Assembly: GCA_963829055.1 (NCBI GenBank)
Contig: CAWHHI010000006.1
Span: forward strand, 480,001 to 544,000
Length of the DNA stretch: 64,000 nt
Source: an uncultured Gemmatimonadaceae bacterium
GTDB taxonomy: Bacteria; Gemmatimonadota; Gemmatimonadetes; Gemmatimonadales; Gemmatimonadaceae
Direction of reading: 5' to 3'
Positions 1 through 11,918 of this stretch are shown here, in pieces (positions within the stretch are counted from its first letter, which is position 1; every line of letters starts with the position of its first letter). Position numbers and translations under genes: made by a program. Below the pieces are notes generated by a model. That model was not told the origin of the DNA. It saw nothing but the letters and a program-made list of their open reading frames with translations, and ran no database searches.

Positions 1-1904
1 TCGAACATGATCGCGTTGATCGGGCCTGACGTCCGCTCCGCGACGTCCAGCTTGTAGCCCATCTGCCGAAGTGCCTGACGAGTCTCCTCTGGCAGCGACG
101 ACGCGATCGTCATGTGGCCGGGCTTCATCTCGTGCGCGCCGAATGACGAGCGCATCTGGAAGCTGTTGATGTTTGGGGCTTCCACCGCCTGCTGCGGCGT
201 CATGCCGAACTCCACGACGTTCAGGAAGAACTGCAACAGGTTCTGATCCTGCGAGTCGCCACCCTGGACCGCGAACGCGAGGAACGGCTCGCCGTCCTTG
301 AGCGCGAGCGTTGGGGTCAGTGTCACACGTGGGTGCTTGCCCGGCTCGATGACGTTGAACGGACCGTCCTTCGCGTCGGTGACAAAACTCTGCGCCCGCT
401 GACTGAGGCCGATGCCCGTGCGCCCAGCGATCACCGCCGGCACCCACCCGCCACTCGGCGTGACGGACACGACCCATCCCTCTTCGTCCGCGGCTTCGAT
501 CGACGTCGTTCCGCTGTAGAACGATTCCTTGAACGCCGAGTCCGCGTCCATTGACTTCTTTCGGTGCGTTAGGCACGACACGGCGGTCCTGGCCGCCGCT
601 CGCGGGCTGCGAATCCGGCAATACGAAGTCACTGTTCTTCCAGTCCGCCAGCAGCGACGCGAACGGGTTCGTTCCGCCCTGGAACGGATACGGATCGCCC
701 GGCTTCGCGTTAGGATCGTTCTTGGTCCAGTCGATGGTGGCGAATCGCGCCTTCGCGTACTCCTTCGACAGCAGACCCTTCACCGGCTCTTCGGGCGGGA
801 AGTACGGATCGCCGTAGTAGAAGTCACGATCGGCGAACGCGAGGTTCATCGCCTGGTAGACGCTATGGATGTACTTCGGCGAGTTGTACTCCATGCTCTT
901 CACATCCGTGTTCTCGAGGATGTTGAGCGCCTGGAGCATCGCCGGCCCCTGTTGCCACATGGGCAGCTTGTACACCTCGATGCCCTTGTACGACGTGTGC
1001 AGCGGCTCCTCGATGCGGACCTTCCAGTTCGCGAGGTCCTCCATCGTGAACAATCCGCCGTCTTCCTTCGTGCCGCGCACGATCTCCTGCGCGATGTCGC
1101 CCTTGTAGAACCGGTCGTACGCGGCGTAGATCGCCTGCTTTCTGCGTCTTGCCTGACGCGAGCGCTTGCTTCTCCGCCGCGACGAGCTTGCGGAACGTCG
1201 CCGCGAGGTCCTTCTGGACGAAGATCTCTCCCGGCTCCGGCGCTTCGCGTGTCTCGCCGGGATGGGTCAACATGATCGACGGCGCGTACTTCCACTGCTT
1301 GATCCACGACTTGTTGCGCTCGATGGTATTCGTGAGCTGCGCCTCGATCGGGTAGCCGTCGGCCATCTCGAATCGCCGGCGCCAGCACGTCCGCGACCGA
1401 CAGCTTGCCATACTCGGCCAGCATGGTCAGCAGACCGCCCATGGTGCCCGGCGTGACCGCGGCGAGCGGGCCGTATTCCGGCGGCTCCTTGTAGCCCTTG
1501 CTCTTGTAGTAGGCCGCCGTGGCGCCCGTCGGCGCGACGCCTAACGCGTTGATCCCGATGACCTTCTTCGTCTTCGGGTTGTAGATGAGCGCCTGGGTCT
1601 CACCGCCGCAGGACAGCGTGTCCCACATCGTGCAGCCGGCGGCGAGCATCGCGGCCGTGGCGTCGACGGCGTTCCCACCCTTCTGGAACATCATCGCGCC
1701 CGCGGTAGCCGAGAGCGGCTTCCCGGTGATCGCGAGCCAGTGCCTGGCGTGAAGCGGTGGCTTCTCGGTGGCGAAGCGCCGCGGGTCGGCGGCCTGCATC
1801 GGCTGGCCGGGCCTGGTCGTGCGGCCCTGGGAGTGGAGCGGAAGTGCGACGAGTGCCGCGAGCGCGACACCCGCCTCGATCACGGAACGCAGGCGAACCG
1901 ACAT
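1..1904 (-). CDS. ggt: Gamma-glutamyltransferase family protein with signal peptide (frameshifts near 1370 and 1140; 3' end outside window)
   Basis: GGNAVDATAAML, GGETQALIY, VTPGT, C-terminal GGDSQDQNLLQFFLNVVEFGM...QAVEAP found across successive frames. Confidence 0.9.
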
Positions 1905-1957
1905 GAGCGCCTCGGCGAGAGGGATGATAACGGATTATCGTCAGGGGAACGCCGTGG

Positions 1958-2030
1958 GGGAACGGGGAACAGGGAACGGGGAACAGGGAACGGCGAGCTG
2001 GTCGCTGGTCGCTCGTGCTGGTCGCTGGTC
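1958..2030 (+). repeat. Heptamer tandem repeats: (GGGAACR)x5, then GCTGGTC x2 + x2
   Basis: Directly visible at 1958-1992 and 1997-2030, immediately before a palindromic repeat. Confidence 0.85.
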
Positions 2031-2036
2031 GCGGCC

Positions 2037-2180
2037 GTCATTCCGAGCGAGGCGCGAAGCGCGGAGTCGGGGAGAATCGCGATCATACGGGTAGAGGGCC
2101 CTCTACCGGGACAGGCACGATTCCTCGACTCCGCCGCTTTGCGGCTCCGCTCGGAATGACATCCCTCCGCTCGGAATGAC
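2037..2180. repeat. Palindromic intergenic repeat, family A
   Basis: GTCATTCCGAGC...GGTAGAGGGCCCTCTACC...GATTCCTCGAC...GCTCGGAATGAC plus an extra terminal arm. Confidence 0.95.
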
Positions 2181-2283
2181 GGCCGCCGCGGTCGGGGGTT
2201 CGTCGTTTATTCTTCGGGCTGGCCGTGCGCGCAGCGAGCGCGGCGGCTTTCACGGACGAACTCACGGACGAACCGAGCCGACC

Positions 2284-3919
2284 TTGCAGGACCTGACCAC
2301 CAGCACGAAGAACACGACCGACGAGACCGCGGCGACCGAGCTGGCCGCCAAGGTCCAGCGTCGCAGGACCTTCGCCATCATCAGTCACCCCGACGCCGGG
2401 AAGACGACGCTGACGGAGAAGCTCCTGCTGTATGGCGGCGCCATCCATCTCGCCGGCGCCGTCAAGGCGCGACGAGCGCAGCGTCACGCCGCCAGCGACT
2501 GGATGAAGCTCGAGCAGGAGCGCGGCATCTCGGTCACGTCCAGCGTCATGCAGTTCGAGTACGAGGGGTATCAGATCAACCTGCTCGACACGCCGGGCCA
2601 CGAAGACTTCTCCGAGGACACGTATCGGACGCTCGTCGCTGCGGACAGCGCGGTGATGCTGCTCGACAACCGACGCGGCGTGGAAGAGCGGACGCGTCAG
2701 CTGTTCGAGGTCTGCAAACGGCGGCGCACGCCGATCTTCACGTTCGTCAACAAGTGCGACCGCGCCGGCGAGGATCCGCTCAAGCTCATCAGCGACGTCG
2801 AAGCCGATCTCGGGATCGCCTGTCATCCCATCACGTGGCCGATCTACCGCGACGGCGTCTTCGTCGGCGTGTACGACCGGCGCGTGAGCGAGATCCACCT
2901 GTTCGAGCGCGACGAGACCCACGGGGCACGCGCCGCGGCGACACACGTCGGCTCGCTCGAGAGCCCGGAGATCAAGGCGCTCCTCGGCGATGCGGCGCAC
3001 GAGCAGCTCGTGCACGACATCGACCTGCTCGACGAGGCCGGCCATCCGTTCGAGCGAGGAGGAAGTGCTGGCCGAGCGCCTAACGCCGGTGTTCTTCGGC
3101 AGCGCGCTGACGAACTTCGGCGTCGAGCCGTTCCTGCGCGAGTTCCTCGAGCTGGCGCCGGCGCCGACGTCGCGCGAGTCGAGCATCGGGCCGATCGAGT
3201 CGACGCGGAAGGAGTTCACCGGATTCGTCTTCAAGATCCAGGCGAACATGGACCCGAAGCATCGCGACCGCATCGCGTTCGTGCGCGTGTGCTCGGGGAA
3301 ATTCGAGGCCGGGATGCAGGTGCGCCACATCCGCACGGGCAAGATGATCCGACTGGCATCGCCGCAGCAGTTCATGGCGCGCGAGCGCAACGCCATCGAG
3401 GAAGCGTGGCCGGGCGACGTGATCGGCGTGATGGACCGCGGCAACCTGCGCATCGGCGACACGCTGGCCGAGAGCAGCGATCTCGAGTTCGCCGACATTC
3501 CGCGCTTCGCGCCGGAGCACTTCGCGCGAGCGATTCCGGCTGACCCACTGCGGCGGAAGCAGTTCGACACCGGGCTCCGCGAGCTGACGGAGGAGGGCGC
3601 GGCGCAGGTGTTCTACATGGACAGCGAGGTCGGACCGACGCCGATCGTCGGCGCCGTCGGCATGCTGCAGTTCGACGTCATGCAGTATCGGCTGGAGCAC
3701 GAGTACGGCGCGCCGATTCGGTTCGAGCGCATTCCGTACCGCCATCCGCGCTGGGTGACGGGGCCCGAGCGCGAGATCGACCGTGTGGCGAGTGGGCGTG
3801 GGCGGATGCGGATCTACGACTCGAAGGGCAAGCCGCTGATCCTGTTCGACGACGAGTGGAACCTGCGGTGGGCGCTACAGAACGAGACGTCACTCACGTT
3901 CCACGATGTAGCGCCGTAG
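2284..3919 (+). CDS. prfC: Peptide chain release factor 3 (frameshift near 3055; start approximate)
   Basis: [55 protein letters not shown]. Confidence 0.95.
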
Positions 3920-3921
3920 CC

Positions 3922-4059
3922 GTCATTCCGAGCGGGTGTCATTCCGAGCGAAGCGAGGCAGCAGTCGATGGAATCGAGACTGTCGGGGTAGAGAGCCCTC
4001 TACCGGGATGATCAAGGATTCCTCGACTGCGCGCCTCGCGGCGCTCCGCTCGGAATGAC
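3922..4059. repeat. Palindromic intergenic repeat, family A
   Basis: Doubled GTCATTCCGAGCG arm, GGTAGAGAGCCCTCTACC core, CTCGGAATGAC end; between convergent genes. Confidence 0.95.
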
Positions 4060-4063
4060 AACC

Positions 4064-4417
4064 TCAGCCCGTGATCGGGCCGGACTGAATCCCGCTCGCG
4101 GCGGCGCTTCGACGCACGGCCGCGAGCACCTGGATCAGGTACTTCTCCACCCACTCCGTCCCCTCGTACTCTGCCAGCGGCGTCGCGCGAACGCTGACGG
4201 AGCTCGGGCCTCGTGACTGGCCGGTGACCACGCCTAACGGGTCGCCGCCGTTGCGGACGTGTGTGTTGAGGGAGAGCAGGGCGTCCGGGTCGCTTGCCCA
4301 GACGAATTCGGTGCGGTCGTCGAAGCCGACGACGAGCGCGGCGCGATCATTGGTTGCGGCCGTTTCATGCAGCTCGGCGACGAGGTCAGCCGTCGTGCGG
4401 CGCACGTAGTGTGACAT
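4064..4417 (-). CDS. Hypothetical protein, 117 aa
   Basis: Protein-like composition; AGGAG RBS upstream of ATG. Confidence 0.65.
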   Translation of the reverse strand: MSHYVRRTTADLVAELHETAATNDRAALVVGFDDRTEFVWASDPDALLSLNTHVRNGGDPLGVVTGQSRGPSSVSVRATPLAEYEGTEWVEKYLIQVLAAVRRSAAASGIQSGPITG

Positions 4418-4802
4418 GGGCGACTCCTGTCCCAGGAGAGGTAAGGGGTACCACCAACCGAGCGGTCACCGGGCCGCGCTTGCCCTTACCGAACCATGTC
4501 TCCGGTGCCACGCCGGTGCGGGTCACCGCGGCGCTTGCCGCCGCGACACTATGGTAGTGCTCGTAGGCCGTGGATGAAAGGCTGATCCGTTCGTCTTCCG
4601 TCACAGGCGCGCAACATGTTGAGGCTACGCGAGTTGCCTCTAGCTCCACGCACGCTCGAACGGTCCTTCTGCGCGATGATGCGGAGTCACGCGGTCCTTG
4701 TGTGACGCCTCGAGTTCTCGGAGGGCGTCGAGGACTGCTTCAACACGCATCTCAGACGAAGGACGAAAACGGATTCGTCTGATCTGGCGGATTGATTCCG
4801 TG

Positions 4803-4951
4803 GTCATCCCGAGGAGCGCCGCAGGTTGTCATCGCGCGCAGCGACAGCGAGGGACCTTCTGCGAACGTCATCGTGGCCAGACCGGCCACGATGCCATCAC
4901 ACAAGATCCCTCGCTGCTGCTCGGGATGACAATCGCTGCCGCTCGGGATGA
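4803..4951. repeat. Palindromic intergenic repeat, family B
   Basis: GTCATCCCGAG...GAGGGACCT...GTCATCGTGGCC...GGCCACGA...ATCCCTCG...CTCGGGATGAC x2, followed by CCGTCCG heptamers. Confidence 0.9.
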
Positions 4952-5010
4952 CACGCTTTTCCCTCCGTCCGCCGTCCGCCCTCCGAAGGCCGCTTTCTAC
5001 CGAGCAGCTG

Positions 5011-7600
5011 TTAGAAGCGCAGTCCTGTTCCAAGCACCACCCGCTTTTCGGGCGAGCTTGTGAATACGAGGTTCACGCCGGTCGCGTGGTCGATGACGCC
5101 GAGCCACACGCCTCCGCCAGTGACCCCGTGCCAACCGCCCGGCGAATCTCCATCCACGTAGACGCGGCCTGCATCCGCGAAAGCGAGGATCCCTAAGTCG
5201 ATCGGGATCACGCGCCGGAGCGACACGACCGGAACGCGAAGCTCCGAGTTACCGTAGATCGACGCGTCGCCCGCATAACGCTGCGGCTTCACGCCGGTCA
5301 GCGTATCGCCGCCGCCGAGGAATGCGGCCTCGTGGAATGGAGCGTCGCCCCAGACCTTGCGTCCACCGCCGCGAAGCGCGAGCACCGGACGATGCGGAAG
5401 TGGCAACTGGAGAAAGGTCTCGGCGCTTCCGGAGAGCTGCGAGAACGCGCTCGTGACATCCCACACCGCCGGGAACGCGCTGCTGCTCATGTCCACCATG
5501 AACCCGCGCGTGGCTCCCCGGACCATGTCACGCGTATCGTAGCGCAAGCCGAGTCGAGCGCCGACCTGGCCGAAGTTGCCGGAGCCGTACGGCTGTTCCT
5601 GAGCCAGTAGCTGGTCGGGGGGTCCGCCGGTGGTGGAATACTGGATCACCGGTCCCAGCGTGACGTCGCTCTCGCGGTTGCCTAACGACAACGCGACTGC
5701 CGGCCGCAGCTGCCACTGGCGTTGCTCGGCATGGAAGAAGTCATCGGAACCGACATCCGGCTCGGACTTCGTATCGTTGCCAAAGCCGTAGAAGTTGGTG
5801 ATCTCGAATCCCGACACGCGCGCCGTCGTCGTGAAGTGAACGGGCGAGCTCTCGAGCCGGCTGTCGTGGAACAACGTCACGCGGAAGCGGTTGGATCCCG
5901 TCGCATACTCCGCGTCCAGGTTGATGAGCGTCGCGTATGGCTCGCGGCGGAATCCATTCCGGACCCACTGCGCGCTCACGCGCGGCACCAGTCCGAGCCC
6001 TCCGGCACCGAACCCGACACTCGGCGTAAACCTGGTGCCGATATTCGGACTTGGCGGCGCGAGCGTGCCGGTGTCGTTCTTCACCCACGGACGCCGGCTG
6101 AACAGTGTGTCGCGGCTCGAGTCCGGACCGTAGTACATGCCGGTCACGTGGCCGCGGTCGTAGAGTCGTGGTGAGGCGCGGCGTCCGACGCGCGACGAGT
6201 CCACCAGCTCGTTCGTTCCGTTTCCGCCGATGACGCGCACGCGGATCTTCGAGGCCACGTTGCCCCTAACGAGTGCCGAGTCGTCGCCGTCGTGCAGGTA
6301 GACCTGAACCTCTGATGTCTCGCGTGGGTCGAATCGGCGGTGGTAATACCGTGCGCCCGCGGCCTGTAGCTCCACGTCGACCAGCCCGCCGGTCTCGTAT
6401 GTCACCGTCGCCTGGTCCGCGGCGTCTGTGGCGTGCACCTCCACCGCATCGGCGAGCACCTTGTAGAACTCGTTGGCGATCGCCGGCAGGCCATCGCGCC
6501 GCTGCTTGAGCTTCGCGGCAAAGGATGGTGCCACCGACTGGTATTCGTGGGGCAGTAGTCCCACTGCCGAATCGATCACGGCGTCGGTGATGCGACGCGT
6601 GAGTGCGGTCGCGATCGAGTCCCAGACTGGTTTTTCGAGATCCGACAGGAAGCGGCGGTCGAGCTGGCGCGAATTGTCGGAGAGCACGCGAATGCTCTGA
6701 TACTTGCCCTCGAACTTGGAGAGGAACGGTACCCAGTGCGACGCGAGCCGCGCGAGCCGACCGTCATAGTGGTTGAACGCGTGATCGCGATCGCGGGGAA
6801 TGGCCACCCACCGGGCCGCCTTGCCGGAACCGAACCGCGCCCACTTCCAGTTGCCGTGATGGCGGTCGGTGTCGTCGAGCACGAAATCGGTGAGGCGTGC
6901 GGTCAGGAACGAGCGCGCATCCACGCGCTGGGTGGGGACGCTGTCGAGCAGCGGCAGCAGGTCCGAGGTGTCGATGATGTCCGACCCGCCACCGAACCCG
7001 GGTCCTTCGTCCGGCTTGTTCGGGAAGTCCTCGATCGTGCCAAGCCGATCGATGAAGTCCTCGCGAAACTTCCCCAGCGATGAGTCGTTAGGCATGACCG
7101 TGAACGCGGGGGTCGCGTGCAGCACGCCCGCGGCGTCCGCGATCGGGGCGGCGATGATGCCGGCCGCGGGGAACAGGCCGCTCACCTGGTCGCGAAAGAT
7201 CTTGGCGACCGCCGTTCCGCGAAGACGCTCCGGCGGCGTGGCGTTCGCCTTGTCGACCGGTCGGAACACGTACTCGGTGCCATCCCTGGCGCCGAGCCGG
7301 AGGTTCTTCGTCTGATTGCCGCCGCCTTCCTTGAGTGGCTTGAGTCCGCCCGCGTAGCGCGTCGAGGTCGAGGACGGGAACGCGGATCGGCGTCGTCCAG
7401 AGGTCGCGGTACGTGTTGCCGAGGAAGAAACGGGAGAATCCGCTCGCTTCGTAGCGTTTGCCGGCGGCGATCGTGACGCTATCGCGATTCACCACGCGGG
7501 GAGGTGCGGGCTGCGCGGTCTGCGCGCCCAGGACGACAGGCGCGGCGAGTGCCGCCGCGGCCAGGAGCCTAACGATTCGATGGGCGACACGCGCAGTCAT
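5011..7600 (-). CDS. Omp85/BamA-TamA family outer membrane protein with N-terminal atypical kinase-like passenger (frameshift near 7355)
   Basis: Signal peptide; YRDLWTTPIRVPVLDL; DRHHGNW; barrel with FLGGGDTLTG...RYAGD, FADAGRV and terminal Phe. Confidence 0.8.
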
Positions 7601-7601
7601 G

Positions 7602-8523
7602 TCACGGCCAGCGGTAGAGCGTGATGGCGGCAGGCTGCCGTGCGGCCTCGTCGCCGATGATCAGGATGCTGTCCCTGGTGATCGCCACTGCTTCCGCCTG
7701 ATCGTGCTCTCCCTGCAACTCGCGCGCGAACACCACCTGGCCCGCAGGCGTGATCGAGAGGATCGCCTTCTCGAGTGACGAGATGATGCATGTAGTTCCC
7801 GGTGAGTGGGTCGAGCGTGATATCCGATGGGTGGAACTCGCCCTTCTTCGACTTCACCGCCTTGGGGATACTCGAGAGCGGGACCGCGAGCTCTGACAGG
7901 ACGTGCTCGCCCTTGGTTACCGGCCAGCGGTAGATCAGGACGTCGTCCTTGAATTCCTTCTTGTGTACGTGCTTGCACGCGAGCAGCAGCGACGTGATGG
8001 TCGAGTCGTACGCCAGTCCTTCGAACTCGCACTCCTTGCCGAGTTTCGTGTCGTGCGTCGTGTAGTCGACGCGCTCGCCGTTCTTGCCTTCATGGAACTC
8101 GTACAGCGATCCGTTGCTGTCGAGCAGGTAGAGGCGGTCGCCCGCCGACGCGATCGCCTCGAAGTCGCCCTTGACCGCCGGCTTGCCTAACGCGAACTCC
8201 TTGAGCACGACGCCTCGGCGATAGTCGATCTCGTAGATCTTCGCGTGCTCGTCGCCGTGGGCGAGCAGGCGTCCATCGGGAAGCAGCGCGAGGCCCGACA
8301 GCTCCGCGAGGTCGATCGGCATGATCCAGCGCGCGAGTGGCTTCGTCGCGTCCTTGCCGGCGGCCGCCCCCGAGTCGCGCTTCGCGAGCGACTGCTCCAG
8401 GCGCGCGGCACGTTGCGCGAGCGCACTGCTGTCGCCGCGTCCCTTCTTCGCGTCCGCCGGGCGACAGGCGCTCGCGGCGACACAGGCGAGCAGCGCGATG
8501 CTGGCCGTGGAGCGGGCTCTCAT
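7602..8523 (-). CDS. SdiA-regulated/YjiK-like beta-propeller lipoprotein (frameshift near 7790)
   Basis: Lipobox-like ASAC; blade motifs ELSGLA, DFEAIA, EFEGLAYD, PSDITLDP, QAEAVAI. Confidence 0.75.
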
Positions 8524-9632
8524 CACCCCGCTCCGCTCTGGGCCGCTTCGGCTTCCCGCTCCATCGCCTCGCTCAGCTCGAGGTCCGCCGAGATGAGCTT
8601 GTCGCCGGCGGCCGTCCGGACCTCGGTCAGAAGCTCGTCGCTCGACATCGACTTGCGGATCTTTACCAGGTACGCGAGCTCGCACGGCTTGCCTTCCGCT
8701 GTCACGACCTCATCGAGCTTCCAGCGCTTCGCCTGTTTCTCCAACACGCCTTCGACTATGCCCTGCACGCCGCTCGGATCCTCGGTCGTCAACGACAGCA
8801 GCGCGTTGAAGCGCGGCTTCTTGCTGGTGCCGACGATCTGCCTAACGCGATCGAAACGTTCCGCGAGCGCTTCGACTTTCTGCGGCGTCAGCGCGAGCAC
8901 GAGGTCGCGGTCGTGGACGCCGCCGTTCCCGTTGCCGTTCCCGTTCTTCTCCGCGAGGAGCTGGAGCGGCTCGGCCCATGTCTGCGAAGACGCCGTCGGC
9001 GCGAGCGGGTTGCGACCGAACTCGTACCGCCAGATGAACAGCAGCACGAAGTTGAAGACGACCGACGAGACGGCGGCGACGGTGATCACCTGCACGCCGG
9101 CGGCGAAGCCGACGCCGATGGCCAGGAAGATGAACACCGTGTCGCGCGTGTCGCGGAGCGTCGTGCGAAAGCGAACCGCGGCGACGACACCGGCGAGGCT
9201 GAACGCGAGCGCGAGGCTGTTCTGAACGACGAGGACCACGCCGGCGACGACGATCGGCAGGATGATCAGCGTCTCGACGACGGTCTGGTTGTGCCGCTTC
9301 GTGCGCCGCGCGGACATGTACACCCACGTCACCGGCAGCATCAGGAACAGCGTCGCCAGGAGGCTCATCGCCGTGCTGATCGCCAGCTCGACATTCGATG
9401 GCAGGCGGCTCAGAGAGGTTGCGACCACGCCGTTGGCCAGGCCGTCCTGGAGGACGCCGGTCCCTCCCGTCAGCTCGTCGAGGCGCTTACCCGAGAACAG
9501 TTCGCCGACGATCGGAAAGAAATAGACGAGGGTGGCGAAGATGCCGCCGATGAGGAGGTAGTACGCGACGAGTCGCCGGGTTGGCCGGTCGGAGCCGAGC
9601 GCGATCGTATCGATGAGACCCTTGAAGGACAT
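8523..9632 (-). CDS. DUF4956-like membrane protein
   Basis: NSLALAFSLAGVVAAVRFRTTLRDTRDTVFIFLAIGVGFAAG; several TM helices. Confidence 0.8.
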   Translation of the reverse strand: MSFKGLIDTIALGSDRPTRRLVAYYLLIGGIFATLVYFFPIVGELFSGKRLDELTGGTGVLQDGLANGVVATSLSRLPSNVELAISTAMSLLATLFLMLPVTWVYMSARRTKRHNQTVVETLIILPIVVAGVVLVVQNSLALAFSLAGVVAAVRFRTTLRDTRDTVFIFLAIGVGFAAGVQVITVAAVSSVVFNFVLLFIWRYEFGRNPLAPTASSQTWAEPLQLLAEKNGNGNGNGGVHDRDLVLALTPQKVEALAERFDRVRQIVGTSKKPRFNALLSLTTEDPSGVQGIVEGVLEKQAKRWKLDEVVTAEGKPCELAYLVKIRKSMSSDELLTEVRTAAGDKLISADLELSEAMEREAEAAQSGAG

Positions 9633-9924
9633 GGATCCGCCTTGCACGTGAGCCCCGCGGTCCGGGGCTGACGCCTAACGCGATGCGGCCGTTCGGCGAA
9701 TCGCCCGCGGGGCGGATCGTGGCCCAATGGGCACACGATCGCGGCAGGCGGCCCGGACTGCAGGCGGGCGCGTCGTACGTCGGTCGGGTTGACCGAACGC
9801 GTGCGCTCCGACTCGACAATATGGCAAGCGGTAGGCCAAGCGGACGGAACCGCCTGGTGAGGCGCGTCACACCGAGTGGTCGACGGGCGCGACCGTTGTC
9901 GCCCGTCGAGCCGCCAGAACCGGC

Positions 9925-11418
9925 TCAGGGCACGGCCTTCGACGACCGCTTCTTCATCAGTGCTTCGATCTCCTCGATCTCGCGCGGCGCGTTGGCGCTG
10001 ATGCGCTCGAGTCCCTTCTCGGTGATGATGTAGTTGTCCTCGATGCGGACGCCGGTGTTCTGGTAGCGCGCGCACCGCGTCCTTCACCTTCGCCATGAAC
10101 GCGCGGTTCTTCGGCGTGTCGGGAAGCGCGTCGAGCATCGCCTGGCTGACGTAGATGCCGGGCTCGATCGTGAACGCGTCGCCTTCCTTGAACGTGCGGT
10201 CGCCGAAGTAGAACTGCGCCGGGTCGTGCACGGCGAGGCCGATGCCGTGCGCCGATGCCGTGGATCATCCAGAAGTAGCGTCTGGCTTGCACGCGCACGG
10301 GCACGGCCGCGCAGTTGACCTTCCACGGCGGATCGAACGTGCGCGTCCTCGCTCTCGACCAGGCCTAACGCGACGAGCCCCTTCGCGCGCACGTCGATCG
10401 ACGAGTCCTGCGCCGCCTGCGCCGACATCCCCGGCTTCGAGTTCCGCTCGGCCGCCGCCTGCGCGTCGCGCACGAGCTGGTAGATGGCGCGCTGCTCGGG
10501 CGTGAACGTGCCGCTCACGGGAATCGTGCGCGTGACGTCGGCGGCGTAGCCCTCGTACTGCGGTGGCCGCGTCCATGACGACGACGTCGCCGGGCTTGGC
10601 ACGGCGCCGCGGTCCTTCATGTAGTGGAGCTGCGTGCCGTTCGCGCCCGGCGCCGACGATGGAGCCGTACGCGGGACGCTCGCCGCCGAGTCGCGTGAAC
10701 GTGTACTCGACGACGGCCTGGATCTCGTACTCGTGCGCCGGCTCGGGCGCGAGCATCGCGGCGCGATGGCCTTCGGCGCTGATCTCGCCGGCCTTGCGCA
10801 GCAGCGCCATCTCGGCCGGCGACTTCTTCGCGCGGAGCTCGTCGACGATCGTCGTGCGCGTCCTTGACGGTCGAGCCCGGCGCGTGCTCGCCGCGAGCGC
10901 CTTCATGAACGACCGGCCGCGCGTGAGCGAATCCTGCTGCGGCGAAGTCGGCGTCGGCGAAGTCGGCGAGCGTGTAGAACGGGGCGTCGGGCTGCGCCGG
11001 CGAGCGAGTCGACGAACGCGGCGAGCGCGGCGAACGACGCGCGCCTTGACGCCAACGTGCGCACGACGGACGCGGAGTCGGGGCGGCGGCCGTAGTAGAA
11101 CGCCGTGCGCGGGTCGATCGGGCGTGAGGAAGAGCGTGCTCGTCGCGCGTGCCGCCCTTGCGCGACCATCACGAACGCGGCGTCGGGCTCGTCGAAGTTC
11201 GTGAGGTAGTGGAAGGCGGGAAGCTGATAGAACGGGCCGAAGTCGCTGACGGGCGTCTGTCCACCGAAGGCGACGACGACGCCGTCGCCGATCCGCGCGG
11301 CGAGCGAATCGCGGCGCGCGGCGTATTCGGCGGTCGGGATCTGTGACTGCAGGCTCGTCGCAGCGGTCGGGGCGAGCGCGACGCAGGCGACGAGAGCCAG
11401 GGTGTGTCGATTGAGCAT
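9925..11418 (-). CDS. Xaa-Pro aminopeptidase, M24 family, secreted (multiple frameshifts)
   Basis: FHYLTNFDEPDA, YAADVTRTIPVSGTFT, HGIG...VHDP, FTIEPGIY, GVRIEDNY. Confidence 0.88.
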
Positions 11419-11530
11419 GGTGGTTGGACCGGGTTGCCGACAATTCGGAGACGAGTTCAACAGGTATACGCGGTACCCTGAGTCTGAACGGACACGTACC
11501 TGGAGTGCAATACCGATAGACGGGTAGGTC

Positions 11531-11572
11531 GGGGTCAGACTCGAGTCTGACCCCAATTACGACCCCAATTAC
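11531..11572. repeat. Perfect 24-bp palindrome GGGGTCAGACTCGAGTCTGACCCC with tandem GACCCCAATTAC x2
   Basis: Directly visible. Confidence 0.85.
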
Positions 11573-11588
11573 GGGGACGGAAACGAGC

Positions 11589-11918
11589 CTAGTGCGGCTG
11601 CGCGGCGGTCCGGCGCCGCAGCTCGTCGAAGAAGTTGAACATCACCGTGACGTGATCCTTGCTCTGGGCCGGCACGGCGGTCGGTGCGGGCACCAGAGCG
11701 ATAATTCGCTCGCCATCAGGCGCGAGGTCGTAGTTAGGCATCACACCCGTGTCGGCGAGGCGCACTTGCGCCCAGGCGCGCGGCGGCTGAGCAACAAAGG
11801 AATCACCCTTCGTACTATACCGCACGGCCATCAGCCGCTGGTCATCGGTCGCGTAGAAGAGATCGTGACCGTTCCGGGACCAACGCGGAATGCGCCCGCC
11901 GCCGGTCGAAATCGGCAC
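11589..11918 (-). pseudogene. C-terminal remnant of a PD40/TolB-like protein (type usually fused to Ser/Thr kinases)
   Basis: ISTGGGRIPRWSRNGHDLFY, NYDLAPDGERI, VTVMFNFFDEL; no upstream part present. Confidence 0.65.
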
